Origin: a virus
Lineage: Duplodnaviria; Heunggongvirae; Uroviricota; Caudoviricetes
Length of the DNA: 60,485 bases
Virus record (IMG/VR): IMGVR_UViG_2671181056_000013
Span: 1-60,485 of that record
Strand: one strand, 5' to 3'
The position numbers were made by a program, and so were the translations under genes. The notes under the pieces were generated by a model, which was not told the DNA's origin, ran no database searches, and saw only the letters and a list, made by a program, of their open reading frames with translations. This document shows positions 38,701 through 47,684 of the stretch, piece by piece. Within the stretch, counting starts at the first letter, position 1. Each line of letters begins with the position of its first letter.

Positions 38701-40337
38701 ATGCCTCGCAGCGTGCGGCCAAGAAAGAACAGACAGCGCAACAGAAACTGGCAGCCGGATACCAGAAGGCTCTGGATAAAGCCGATCAGCTTATGGGGCA
38801 AATGGGTGAAAGCTCTAAGGCTACGGTATCGTTTGATCAGTCTCTTCGCGATACAACGAAATCGCTGACAGATTTGGCTAATGCGGTTCCTAACGAGTTC
38901 ATCACTCAAGAGATGATCGACAAGGCGAAAAAACGTCTTGAAGACCTCAAAAATGCGACACCTGAATATCGCGAGATGTTTAATCGCCGCAATGTTGAGC
39001 AGATGATCTCCACCTGGGCACCGGAGTCGGATTCCATTATTAGTGCTGGCTATACGCCGTCTCGTGAAGAGAAAGTTGCTGATTTCGAAGACACCTACAA
39101 CCGCAATCTCAAAGCGTTGATAGAACTTCGTGATAAGGCGTCTGATCCTAAAGTTGTGGCGCTTTATACAAAGAAAATCAATCAACTGATTGCTGCTGGC
39201 AATACCGCGCTTATTAAAGAGACGGGGACTGCGACGCAGAAGTTGGCACTGGAATACGAAAACCTGGCAGAGCAGATCGAAAGCACCTGGACTGATTTGT
39301 TTAGTGGCTTAACTGATGTCCTGACTGATTTCGTTATTAACGGGAAGATGAGTTTCTCCAGCCTATCTCAGTCCATTTTGAAAGATATCACCAATATGGT
39401 CGTGAAGTCGCAAATCACGCTGCCTCTAATGAACATGTTGGGGATGGGAACCACCGCAGCTGGTAGTTCACAGAGTGGTAATTTGCTGACCGGGGTTGCT
39501 TCCGCCGTTGCCAATCAAGGGGTACGAATGGGCAACACTGTTAACGGCGACAAGTCGGTAGGAGAAGCCACGAAGGAGACGTCCAGTTCGGTAACTGGAT
39601 TAGGGCAAACAACACAGCAGACCACCAGCGCAATTGGCACTGCAACAAATGCGATTGGTAGCTGGGTATCAGGGCTATTTGATAGCACTGAAGCCAAAGA
39701 TGCCGAGACAAAAGCCGTGAAGGACTCCATCTTCTCGATGCAGAACCTCAGCTCTGTTACCGGCGCGCTGTCTGCCGCGTTTGCAATGCTTGGAGCTAAT
39801 GCTTCCGGCTCTGGTAATAAGTGGTTGAGTTTTGGAGCAACGGTTGCATCTGGTCTTGTTTCAGCTTGGGCTGGCGGTGGTTTCGACAGCTTGACATCAA
39901 GCTCTGCTAAAACCGCAACCAGCAGTGTGGCTGACGGAACTAAAGGCATTCCTGCAATCCCGAAGTTTGCAAATGGAGGAATATTCGGAAAAGACGGCGT
40001 GATCCCGCTCCGGGCATACCAGAAAGGCGGTATTGCTAACTCGCCTCAATTAGCGTTGTTTGGGGAAGGTTCTATGAATGAGGCGTATGTTCCATTGCCT
40101 GATGGCCGAACAATCCCTGTAACGCTCAGTACCGATGGTATGAGTGGAGGCGGAAATGTTCTTTCTCCTGTATCAATTGAGATCAACGTCCATAGTGACG
40201 GTAGCACAACTGAATCCGGCGATACAGAAAGCATATGGAACAATGCCGCTCAACGGATGAAAGCAATCGCGCTTGAGACTATCGCTCAAGAGAAACGCCC
40301 TGGCGGATCACTCAACCCAAACACTCAACGTAACTAA
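35760..40337 (+). CDS. tail tape measure protein
   Basis: 1525 aa, Ala/Gly-rich with hydrophobic segments, in the canonical position. Confidence 0.85.
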   Translation: MAEDDKGMSQNVEFILSLEDKQFTASIDRAGKLLTRFGEQVTKPAQKIQTFERSLGSVARIIGVLESKLDSTADKLQDVAVGFELASDATRKMRGNITSLNSGLKALIERVDTTTSSVDKLTASLRKVQSELNDFSDWATYASKSASRFGTEVKEASASVSGMNTRLNTTTKRLSNWGVTTSQAAEGLKKVREQMDEVIGRQQLINKPVRVRTSGSGNGGGSGGRGGYSWHIGKNNEGSMFSGLRGNIFLLGEIGDAARTVTSIMFGWQKPIIEAAAEMERMRVMLRGLNKEKSNPGQAAADDMKYIVDMAQNAPFAMQALTDSFVKFRSAGLDPTDGSLKALVDSVARFGGDSELLKRAAVAVQQMSGKGVVSMEELRQQLGEAVPNAMQAMADAAGITMGELTKAVASGTVEAKQALSLMFVGLRAENENAAKDMMQTYTGALAQLQTSFTLFADRVGQAGYLDSLSKGMKELASIMNSAEGISFANSLGSGLTTAIDGLRQLAQWLAKNQELVINLGKVVAAMVAFKLMRAGIMGVVGAGSKMVSTFATMATAIQTPFNLGATAVTRFNRAARMGLAPIPSLIFAIRGAITGLKGAFAGLTAFIAANPIGAAFTVATVAVAGLITYMTMLRSETSKVVDEIRKIPEAMTAAKRAQMADRAEKLEKQILADQRALKTGEGVNYVSNSAGVITHKESKADIEARLKKNQEEYQKITGTIALGDGAVAKRLAKEAAESQIEKIRAENQIFAATFVKARQEALDKIQKINDDGSLSDDEKNKLLAPLRETVNKSYLEPAQKLVDSFSSRKNATEKQIATLNDQLEKAKKDGNTEQIQKLQGSIRGYQEHLEAVAQELTQAEFERDNAAKTGKGVMSNQGTVLGLGTTDKAAQKALAQYMRNQMDSATYQRTLPDGTPMMDFEGKPIIGPKQLKTQLNLQKASSASSLEKMSDEERAAAIAALTKAREQDAAAAEKAAQRSANASQRAAKKEQTAQQKLAAGYQKALDKADQLMGQMGESSKATVSFDQSLRDTTKSLTDLANAVPNEFITQEMIDKAKKRLEDLKNATPEYREMFNRRNVEQMISTWAPESDSIISAGYTPSREEKVADFEDTYNRNLKALIELRDKASDPKVVALYTKKINQLIAAGNTALIKETGTATQKLALEYENLAEQIESTWTDLFSGLTDVLTDFVINGKMSFSSLSQSILKDITNMVVKSQITLPLMNMLGMGTTAAGSSQSGNLLTGVASAVANQGVRMGNTVNGDKSVGEATKETSSSVTGLGQTTQQTTSAIGTATNAIGSWVSGLFDSTEAKDAETKAVKDSIFSMQNLSSVTGALSAAFAMLGANASGSGNKWLSFGATVASGLVSAWAGGGFDSLTSSSAKTATSSVADGTKGIPAIPKFANGGIFGKDGVIPLRAYQKGGIANSPQLALFGEGSMNEAYVPLPDGRTIPVTLSTDGMSGGGNVLSPVSIEINVHSDGSTTESGDTESIWNNAAQRMKAIALETIAQEKRPGGSLNPNTQRN

Positions 40338-40379
40338 CTATCGACTGCCCCGGTCGGGGCAGTCTCACAAGGATGTGAG

Positions 40380-40715
40380 ATGGAAAGACAAACGTTTAAT
40401 TGGTATCCAGATTACGAATCTGAAAAGAGCGTAAAACCGAATGTAACGGTACTTAATTTTGGTGATGACTACGAGCAGCGACAGGCTCAAGGTCTTAATC
40501 GTATTAAAGAAGAATGGTCGTTAACCTTTACCAGATCATACAACGAAATTAATGCAATCGATGACTTCCTTACTGAGCGATCAGGTGTTGAATCGTTCTA
40601 TTGGGTTAATCCAAGAGGCAAGCAGATTGTAGTTGTATGTGACAGTCATACGGTCAAGAGATATCAGGGGTACTGTGTCTTAACTGCTACATTCAGACAA
40701 GTATTTGAGGCTTAA
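40380..40715 (+). CDS. minor tail protein (lambda M-like)
   Basis: 111 aa, first gene after the tape measure; size and order match the lambda M-L-K-I-J arrangement. Confidence 0.7.
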   Translation: MERQTFNWYPDYESEKSVKPNVTVLNFGDDYEQRQAQGLNRIKEEWSLTFTRSYNEINAIDDFLTERSGVESFYWVNPRGKQIVVVCDSHTVKRYQGYCVLTATFRQVFEA

Positions 40716-40764
40716 GTATCTGGATAAGTAAGTACTAATTTACTATCATTGTGGCGCTGACAGG

Positions 40765-41496
40765 ATGTCAGCGCCTACTTATTTCAAGGATGAAACAATG
40801 GGAATTAAAGCTGATATTCAGAGCTTATCTCCCTCTGCACTCATTGAGTTGTTCGTACTGGATATGTCGAACACAACTTCAGGGGGGAAGCTATTCTTCC
40901 ACGCCGGAACAAACGAACTGATGCAACCGGTCGTCTGGCAAGGAGTGACATACGAGCCGTGGCCAATCAAAGCATCAGGCTTTGACAAAACTGGCCAGGG
41001 AACGTTGCCACGTCCAAAAATTCAGGTATCGAACTTTGCCGGAACCGTCTCTGCGGAAGTTCAGGCGAACGACGATCTTGTTGGCTGCCGCATTATTCGC
41101 AAGATGACGCTGGCTCGCTTCCTCGATGCCGTTAATTTTAAAGACGGCAACCCAACAGCAGATCCAAACCAACATTTCCCGGATGAAATGTGGTTTATCG
41201 AACAGAAAACTCTCGAAACTCATCAGGTTGTCGAGTTTGAATTGTCCAGTGTGTTCGATTTGATGGGGGTACAACTGCCGTATCGTCAGATCATTAAAAA
41301 CACCTGCCCGTGGAAATACCGAGGGCCAGAATGCGGCTATACCGGTCCATATTTCGACAAAAATAACCAGCAGACGTCTATGTCTGGTGCGGATTACTGC
41401 ACAAAACGTTATGACGCCTGTAATGCGCGTCGGAATTATTTTGCCGACGGTGTGATCCATTTTGGTGGATTTATTGGAGCTACGCGGTATGGGTAA
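40765..41496 (+). CDS. minor tail protein (lambda L-like)
   Basis: 243 aa with a Cys-rich C-terminus (CPWKY...CGY...YCTKRYDAC), as in L-type proteins. Confidence 0.7.
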   Translation: MSAPTYFKDETMGIKADIQSLSPSALIELFVLDMSNTTSGGKLFFHAGTNELMQPVVWQGVTYEPWPIKASGFDKTGQGTLPRPKIQVSNFAGTVSAEVQANDDLVGCRIIRKMTLARFLDAVNFKDGNPTADPNQHFPDEMWFIEQKTLETHQVVEFELSSVFDLMGVQLPYRQIIKNTCPWKYRGPECGYTGPYFDKNNQQTSMSGADYCTKRYDACNARRNYFADGVIHFGGFIGATRYG

Positions 41497-42286
41497 TAAA
41501 GCAATCCCTGAGCTTGGCTCTGACGTTATGCAGCAAATCTATCTCTGCGCCATAAATCGCTACCCTAATGAAGCGTGTGGCTTTCTGGTTAGAACTAATG
41601 GCGACAAATATCGCTTTATGGAAGCGCGGAATGTTTCGGAGAACCCGCAGAACACTTTTGTAATGCACGTTGACGACATTATGGCGGCTGAGGATGCGGG
41701 TGATGTTATCGCAATCTGGCATTCACATACTGATGAATCAGCAGAAGCATCTGATGCCGATCGTGCAGGCTGCGAAGCGACGGAAGTTCCGTGGATGATT
41801 CTGGCTATTCGCAAGAATGTTGAGGGAGATGCCCCTTTCCATTTTAGCGAGATGAATGTGATCACACCTGATGGTTTCGAAATGCCATACCTGTGCAGAC
41901 CGTATGTATTTGGCGTATTCGATTGCTGGATGTTGTGTCGGGACTATTTGAAGCGTGAGTTTAACGTCGAACTAAACCCGAACGCACACCTGCATATTCC
42001 ATCGTGGTACACCGGCGATAACGACATTCTCGACCAGAACTACCGAAACGAAGGATTGGTACGGCTTGCGCCCGGAACAGAACCTCAACGTGGGGACGTC
42101 TTCTTTATCCAATACGGAAAAATGCCTGACCACTGTGCGGTTTATATCGGCGATGGAATGATTCTTCATCACCAGATCGACCGCCTTAGTTGTCGTGCTT
42201 ATTACGGCGGGATGTATCAGAAACATACGACGCATCACTTGCGTCACAGAGACTTGCTCAAGGGAGATGAGACGTGTCTGAGTTAG
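41462..42286 (+). CDS. tail tip protein (lambda K-like) with JAB/MPN and NlpC/P60-like domains
   Basis: JAMM motif HSHT...S..D (IWHSHTDESAEASDAD); C-terminal Cys/His residues consistent with an NlpC/P60 fold. Confidence 0.8.
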   Translation: MVDLLELRGMGNKAIPELGSDVMQQIYLCAINRYPNEACGFLVRTNGDKYRFMEARNVSENPQNTFVMHVDDIMAAEDAGDVIAIWHSHTDESAEASDADRAGCEATEVPWMILAIRKNVEGDAPFHFSEMNVITPDGFEMPYLCRPYVFGVFDCWMLCRDYLKREFNVELNPNAHLHIPSWYTGDNDILDQNYRNEGLVRLAPGTEPQRGDVFFIQYGKMPDHCAVYIGDGMILHHQIDRLSCRAYYGGMYQKHTTHHLRHRDLLKGDETCLS

Positions 42287-42867
42287 TTCATGTGCAGCTT
42301 GGCGGCCCTATGGCCAAACATTTTGGCCGCCACTGGCATCTAAAGGTGCGCAATACAAAACAGGCTCTGGATTTAATTGAGGCCAATAAGCCTGGTTTTA
42401 AAGCATGGATGAAGCGCAATATCAAAACCTATGACAGATACCACATCCAGATCACCAATAAACAGGGCCACAAGTGGTCTGTGGACGAGAGTGAATATCA
42501 GATGATGGGGCAGTCTGACAACATTGCCAAAATCCGCATTACCCCTGTTCCGCGAGGAAGCGGCGGATCTGCTTTTGGGTGGTTTCAGACGGTAGTAGGG
42601 GCCGCTTTGTTGGTTGTATCGGCGGTAATGATGCCCGCTCTTGCCCCTCTCGGTTTGTCACTGATGATGGGCGGTATAGCGCAAATCATATCTCCGCAAG
42701 CCACTAACGAAAGTGTGAGGCAGGCGGATAACTCGAACTCTTATTACTTTGATGGACCTCAAAACACAACAAACCAGGGGAACCCTGTACAGCTTATCTA
42801 TGGCGAGGAAATTTTAGTTGGCTCACAGGTCGTGAGTTCTTCTATCACCATCGACCAGCTTATGTAA
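42274..42867 (+). CDS. tail assembly protein (lambda I-like)
   Basis: Position between the K-like and J-like genes; hydrophobic C-terminal half. Confidence 0.6.
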   Translation: MSELVHVQLGGPMAKHFGRHWHLKVRNTKQALDLIEANKPGFKAWMKRNIKTYDRYHIQITNKQGHKWSVDESEYQMMGQSDNIAKIRITPVPRGSGGSAFGWFQTVVGAALLVVSAVMMPALAPLGLSLMMGGIAQIISPQATNESVRQADNSNSYYFDGPQNTTNQGNPVQLIYGEEILVGSQVVSSSITIDQLM

Positions 42868-42877
42868 TCAAGGATTT

Positions 42878-45800
42878 TTGGACATGGAACAGTTCAAGAA
42901 GAAAAAGTTACCTCTATTAATTGCAGGTTCTGGTGGCAAAAAAAGTAGCAAAAGCTCTAGTCGCACACCAGTTGAAGCAGACGATACCGTAAATTCTCGT
43001 GCTATGGCCTCTATTCTCGATCTTCTTGGAGAAGGCGTAATTGGCGGCTTGGTAAATGGCGCAAGATCTATTTTTGTCGACGATTTGCCCATAGTAAATG
43101 AAGACGGCTCTTCAAACTTTAGCGGAATTTCATGGGATTTTCGAGACGGCTCGCAAGACCAGACACCAATGTCTGGCTTTGATTTCGTCGAAACACCTAA
43201 ATCGATCAATATCCAACTAAAGAAATCGCATTATGTGACGGTTTCAATAGATAACGATGAGGCCGATCGTGTTCGAGTCATCATGAAGTTCCCTTCTCTG
43301 CGAAGAATAGACCAAAAAACGGGTGATACAAACGGCACTACCGTTGAGTATAAGTTCCAGATCTCAAATGGAGATTCAACATTTGTAGATGTGGTCGCAG
43401 AAGGTGAAAAAAACGTTGGTATTAAGTTAACAGCGAAGAAAACCGGTGCTTATTATCGTAGTTATGAGCTGAAGTTACCCAAGCCAGGTCGGGCATACAG
43501 TGTTCGAGTAGTTCGTATTACTGATGATAACAGCGGTCAGTATCTTTATAACGATACATGGGTGGACTCAATCGGTGAGATCGTTGATACACCGATGAAC
43601 TACCCAAACTCTGCGTTGGTGGGACTGAAGGTTAATTCTGAGCAGTTTGGCGGCTCTATGCCTTCTCGTTCCTATCTGGTGCGGGGATTAAAAATTCGCG
43701 TACCATCAAACTACAACGAGGCTAGCAACACTTATGATGGCGTATGGGATGGCTCTTTTAAGCTGTTGTCATCTTCAAACCCTGCGTGGATTCTCTTCGA
43801 CTTGCTTACCAATTCTCGATATGGGCTTGGTCAGTATGTGTCGGAATCTATGATTGATCTCGGCCAACTGTACCAGATCGGTCGATATTGTGACGAAGAG
43901 GTTGATGATGGCTTTGGTGGTAAAGAGAAACGCTTTGCAATCAATACGCAGATCACCAGTAGACAGGATGCATACCGACTAATTCAGGATATTGCCGGTG
44001 CATTCCGCGGCATGGTGTTTTGGGCTGGTGGCATGGTTAACATCATGCAGGATAGCCCATCAGATCCAGTAATGATGTTTACCAACTCGAACGTCAAAGA
44101 TGGATTGTTTACCTATAAAGGTTCTGCGCGTAAAGATCGCCCATCCGTTGCGCTCGTAACCTACAACAACAAGGAGGACGGTTATAAGCAAAACATTGAG
44201 TACGTTGAAGATCAGGACGCAATGCGCCGTTATGGTGAGCGTAAAACAGAAGTCGTAGCATTTGGATGTACAAGCCGAGGCCAGGCTCACCGAGTTGGTT
44301 TGTGGCTTTTGTATACCGCCAGAATGGAGTCGGATGTAATTACATTTACTGCCGGTTTAGACGCCTCATTTCTGATGCCCGGTGAAACCGTTCTGATTCA
44401 GAACAAATATCGTGCAGGTAAACGTAACTCCGGTCGAATTGTGGAGTTTACCAAAAACAGCATCACTCTCGATGCGCCTGTGTCGTTAGCTAAAAGCGGC
44501 AGCTTTATTCGGATATTGAATCAGGAAGGCAAAATCGTTGAACGCGATGTTCTTGAAACTGGCGAAAACATAACAAAGGTTACGTTTTCAAAAGCTCTGT
44601 CGTCAGCGGAAACGCCTGTTTTGAACGGTGTATGGACAATCACAGAACCAGATCTCGAACCTATGCGCGTTCGCATCGTTAACATCGCTCAGGGGGAAAC
44701 GTCGGGTAGCTTTGACATCACCGCTGTTGAGAACAATCCGTCTAAATATGAGGCAATCGACAATGGTGCAACGCTTATCCCGCAGAATACGACGGTATTG
44801 GACCCGACTTACTCCAAGCCGTCTAATTTGCAAATCACCGAAGGGACTTATCTCTCAAGCCCAGGCAACCTGTCAGTAAAACTGACTGCAACATGGGAAG
44901 GGAAATCTCCAGAGTATTGGATCAGTTGGCGACGTTCTGATGAAAACAATGTATCGAACTGGCAATCGGCACGTGTAACCGAAGAGCAATACGAAATCGT
45001 TAATGTCGCGGAGAATGGACGCTACGACTTCCAACTGTATGCGGTTTCATTCAACGGTAAAAAAACAGAGATTATCAGTACCGTTTATCAGGTGCTGGGC
45101 ACAATGACACCGCCGGATGCACCAACGTCATTAACGGCCGTTGGAGACTATCGTAATGTGATACTGAATTGGGTTAATCCAGATTCGGTAGACCTTGATC
45201 ACATTAATGTTTACGCATCCCAGACCAACAATCTGGATACGGCGAAACTGATCGCAGAGTCTGCAAGCACCACCTTTACACATTCTGGTCTTGGGGATAG
45301 TGAAACTTGGTATTACTGGGTTAGATCAGCAAATAAGCGTGGCATGTTGAGTCGCCCAAACTCAAATCTTGGTACAGAGGCCACAACGCGAGATGTTCTT
45401 TCATTTTTAGCCAATAAAATTACCTCGTCAGAACTTGGCCAGGCTTTAAATGAGGAAATTGACAGTAAGGCTTCTCAACAAGCTGTTGATGAAATCAATA
45501 ATCATATCGATCAGAGCGTCGAATCTCTGGAAGGTGAAATTTCCGCATTAAATAAGGAGCTAACGAGTAGTATCGATGAGTTCAAAACATCGTTTACTGA
45601 ACGCAGCGAGACACTGGAGAATGCGCAAAGCGAGCTTAGAACGGAAGTTTCTAGCACTCGGGAAAAAGTAGATGATGCATTACGACAAGTTGAAAATTCA
45701 AATGCAGCACTTATTGAACTACGTAATACAGTATCAAAACAAGGTGATTCTGTTGCTGGTGTCGTAGAAGCAGCAAATGCGGCACTTGAAAATGCATCAT

Positions 45801-47590
45801 CTTTAATTGCCGAAGAGCGTAAAGTTCGTGCACAAGCAGATCTAGCGAATGCTAAAAAGATAGAAACGATGAGATCATCGGTTGATGAAAGTGTTGCGGC
45901 TGTAGAAGAAATGCGGAGAACGGTTGCTGAGGTAGGAAGAGTAAGTTCAGAAATCACAACTAATCTTGAAGCCATTTCTAAGACAAATATCGATCTTGCG
46001 TTGCGGCAGGACGAAGATCAGCACAGACAGCTGGTAAATAACGCGAAAATTGCCACGACTCAAAAGATTCTTGTCGATGATGTGTCAGCAATGGCGTCTA
46101 AGGTTGAAGAGATACGAGCCGAGATTGGTGACAACATTCGAGCATCTATTCTCGAAGAAGCGACAGCCAGAACTGATGGTGATAATGCGTTAGCCAATCG
46201 TGTGACACAATTACAGAGTAAATTTGAAGGTGATATCAGTGCCGCAATAAGGACCGAACAATCTGCAAGAGCATCGGCCAATGAGACTCTTTCAAAGCAG
46301 ATCACACAACTGGAGTCTAAAGTAAATACTGATATTTCAACCGCTATTAGAGAAGAGCAACAAACAAGAGCAACGCAAGATGAAGCATTATCAAGGCAAA
46401 TAACTCAACTTCAAACAAAAGTTAATAACGATATATCTGCTGCTATTAAAAGTGAGCAACAAGCGCGAGTTAGCGGCGATTCAGCGTTATCCACACAAAT
46501 TAATCAATTGCAGGCAAAAGTAGATGATGACATATCAGCTGCTATTAATGAGGAAAGAGAAGCCAGAGCATCAGGCGATAGTGCACTATCAAGAGAAGTT
46601 AGTAGTTTAAAAACAAAAACAGGTAAAGACATTGCAGCGGCGGTAGCAGTTGAAACCAAAGCAAGAACTGACGCTAACGATGCATTATCCAGACAAATTT
46701 CTTCTCTTACTACGAGGGCTAATAATCTTCAGTCCTCGATAGAGCGAGAATCGACATCTCGTACAAGTCAGGATTCTGCCATTGCAAAAGACTTGGCAAG
46801 TTTTAAAACAAAAACTGCTAAGGATATAAGTGCAGCTGTTGCGGTTGAAACTCAAGCAAGAGCTGCCGCTGATACCGCATTGACGTCGCAGATTAACTCA
46901 CTAAAGACACAAACAGGTAAAGATATAAAGGCTGCTGTAGCAGAAGAGACGAAAGCCAGAACTGATGCTGATGCAGCGCTTTCGACAAGGGTAACTAATC
47001 TCCAGTCGCAAACAACAAATTATATCAATGCAGCGATTACGTCAGAGTCAAAGGCCAGAACAAGTGCAGACAACGCTCTAGGAAAACGAATTGATACACT
47101 GAAAGCGTCTGTAGATGGAAATGTTGCCGTTATTCAGCAGCAGGCTTCTGCTATAGCTGACGCTAATAGAAAAGTATCAACCTCGTACACATTGAAGATG
47201 GAAACTTCAACGAGTGGTGGGCAGAAGTATGTAGCGGGCATTGCGCTGGGTATTGATACAACGGGGCTTTCTCAGTTTTTGGTGCGGGCAGATCGATTTG
47301 GTTTGGTCAACAATGTTAATGGGAAGATCACAACGCCATTTGTTATCGAAAACAGCGTTGCGTATATGAACGGTGCTTATATCAAAGATGGCACTATCAC
47401 AAACGCAAAGGTAGGTGACTTACAATCAACAAACTTCGTAAGAGGACGAGCCGGATGGAGATTTGGCAAAAACGGAACGCTTGAGATTAACGGTAACAGT
47501 GGAGGAAATGGGAGATTAGTTATCAATGGGCAGAGAATCGACGTTTACGACGACAATAATGTACTCAGGGTAAGAATTGGTCGACTTTGA
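42878..47590 (+). CDS. central tail fibre / host specificity protein (lambda J-like) with C-terminal tandem coiled-coil repeats
   Basis: 1570 aa; about 13 tandem units of roughly 29 aa (..DISAAI..E...R...D.ALS.QI..L..K.) encoded at about 46150-47100. Confidence 0.85.
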   Translation: MDMEQFKKKKLPLLIAGSGGKKSSKSSSRTPVEADDTVNSRAMASILDLLGEGVIGGLVNGARSIFVDDLPIVNEDGSSNFSGISWDFRDGSQDQTPMSGFDFVETPKSINIQLKKSHYVTVSIDNDEADRVRVIMKFPSLRRIDQKTGDTNGTTVEYKFQISNGDSTFVDVVAEGEKNVGIKLTAKKTGAYYRSYELKLPKPGRAYSVRVVRITDDNSGQYLYNDTWVDSIGEIVDTPMNYPNSALVGLKVNSEQFGGSMPSRSYLVRGLKIRVPSNYNEASNTYDGVWDGSFKLLSSSNPAWILFDLLTNSRYGLGQYVSESMIDLGQLYQIGRYCDEEVDDGFGGKEKRFAINTQITSRQDAYRLIQDIAGAFRGMVFWAGGMVNIMQDSPSDPVMMFTNSNVKDGLFTYKGSARKDRPSVALVTYNNKEDGYKQNIEYVEDQDAMRRYGERKTEVVAFGCTSRGQAHRVGLWLLYTARMESDVITFTAGLDASFLMPGETVLIQNKYRAGKRNSGRIVEFTKNSITLDAPVSLAKSGSFIRILNQEGKIVERDVLETGENITKVTFSKALSSAETPVLNGVWTITEPDLEPMRVRIVNIAQGETSGSFDITAVENNPSKYEAIDNGATLIPQNTTVLDPTYSKPSNLQITEGTYLSSPGNLSVKLTATWEGKSPEYWISWRRSDENNVSNWQSARVTEEQYEIVNVAENGRYDFQLYAVSFNGKKTEIISTVYQVLGTMTPPDAPTSLTAVGDYRNVILNWVNPDSVDLDHINVYASQTNNLDTAKLIAESASTTFTHSGLGDSETWYYWVRSANKRGMLSRPNSNLGTEATTRDVLSFLANKITSSELGQALNEEIDSKASQQAVDEINNHIDQSVESLEGEISALNKELTSSIDEFKTSFTERSETLENAQSELRTEVSSTREKVDDALRQVENSNAALIELRNTVSKQGDSVAGVVEAANAALENASSLIAEERKVRAQADLANAKKIETMRSSVDESVAAVEEMRRTVAEVGRVSSEITTNLEAISKTNIDLALRQDEDQHRQLVNNAKIATTQKILVDDVSAMASKVEEIRAEIGDNIRASILEEATARTDGDNALANRVTQLQSKFEGDISAAIRTEQSARASANETLSKQITQLESKVNTDISTAIREEQQTRATQDEALSRQITQLQTKVNNDISAAIKSEQQARVSGDSALSTQINQLQAKVDDDISAAINEEREARASGDSALSREVSSLKTKTGKDIAAAVAVETKARTDANDALSRQISSLTTRANNLQSSIERESTSRTSQDSAIAKDLASFKTKTAKDISAAVAVETQARAAADTALTSQINSLKTQTGKDIKAAVAEETKARTDADAALSTRVTNLQSQTTNYINAAITSESKARTSADNALGKRIDTLKASVDGNVAVIQQQASAIADANRKVSTSYTLKMETSTSGGQKYVAGIALGIDTTGLSQFLVRADRFGLVNNVNGKITTPFVIENSVAYMNGAYIKDGTITNAKVGDLQSTNFVRGRAGWRFGKNGTLEINGNSGGNGRLVINGQRIDVYDDNNVLRVRIGRL

Positions 47591-47684
47591 TTATGGAAAA
47601 AAATATTTTTATCGATAATAATAGGTAGTTACATACTTAATGGTGGGCAAGGATAGCCCACCTGATTAAAGGAGCAGATTCAAC

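Noticed and set aside
36334-39949. Internal and antisense ORFs within the tape-measure gene (for example 36334-36612, 37277-37723, 38694-39185, 39515-39949).
   Set aside because: Embedded in a continuous 1525-codon gene; typical spurious frames in Ala/Gly-rich sequence.
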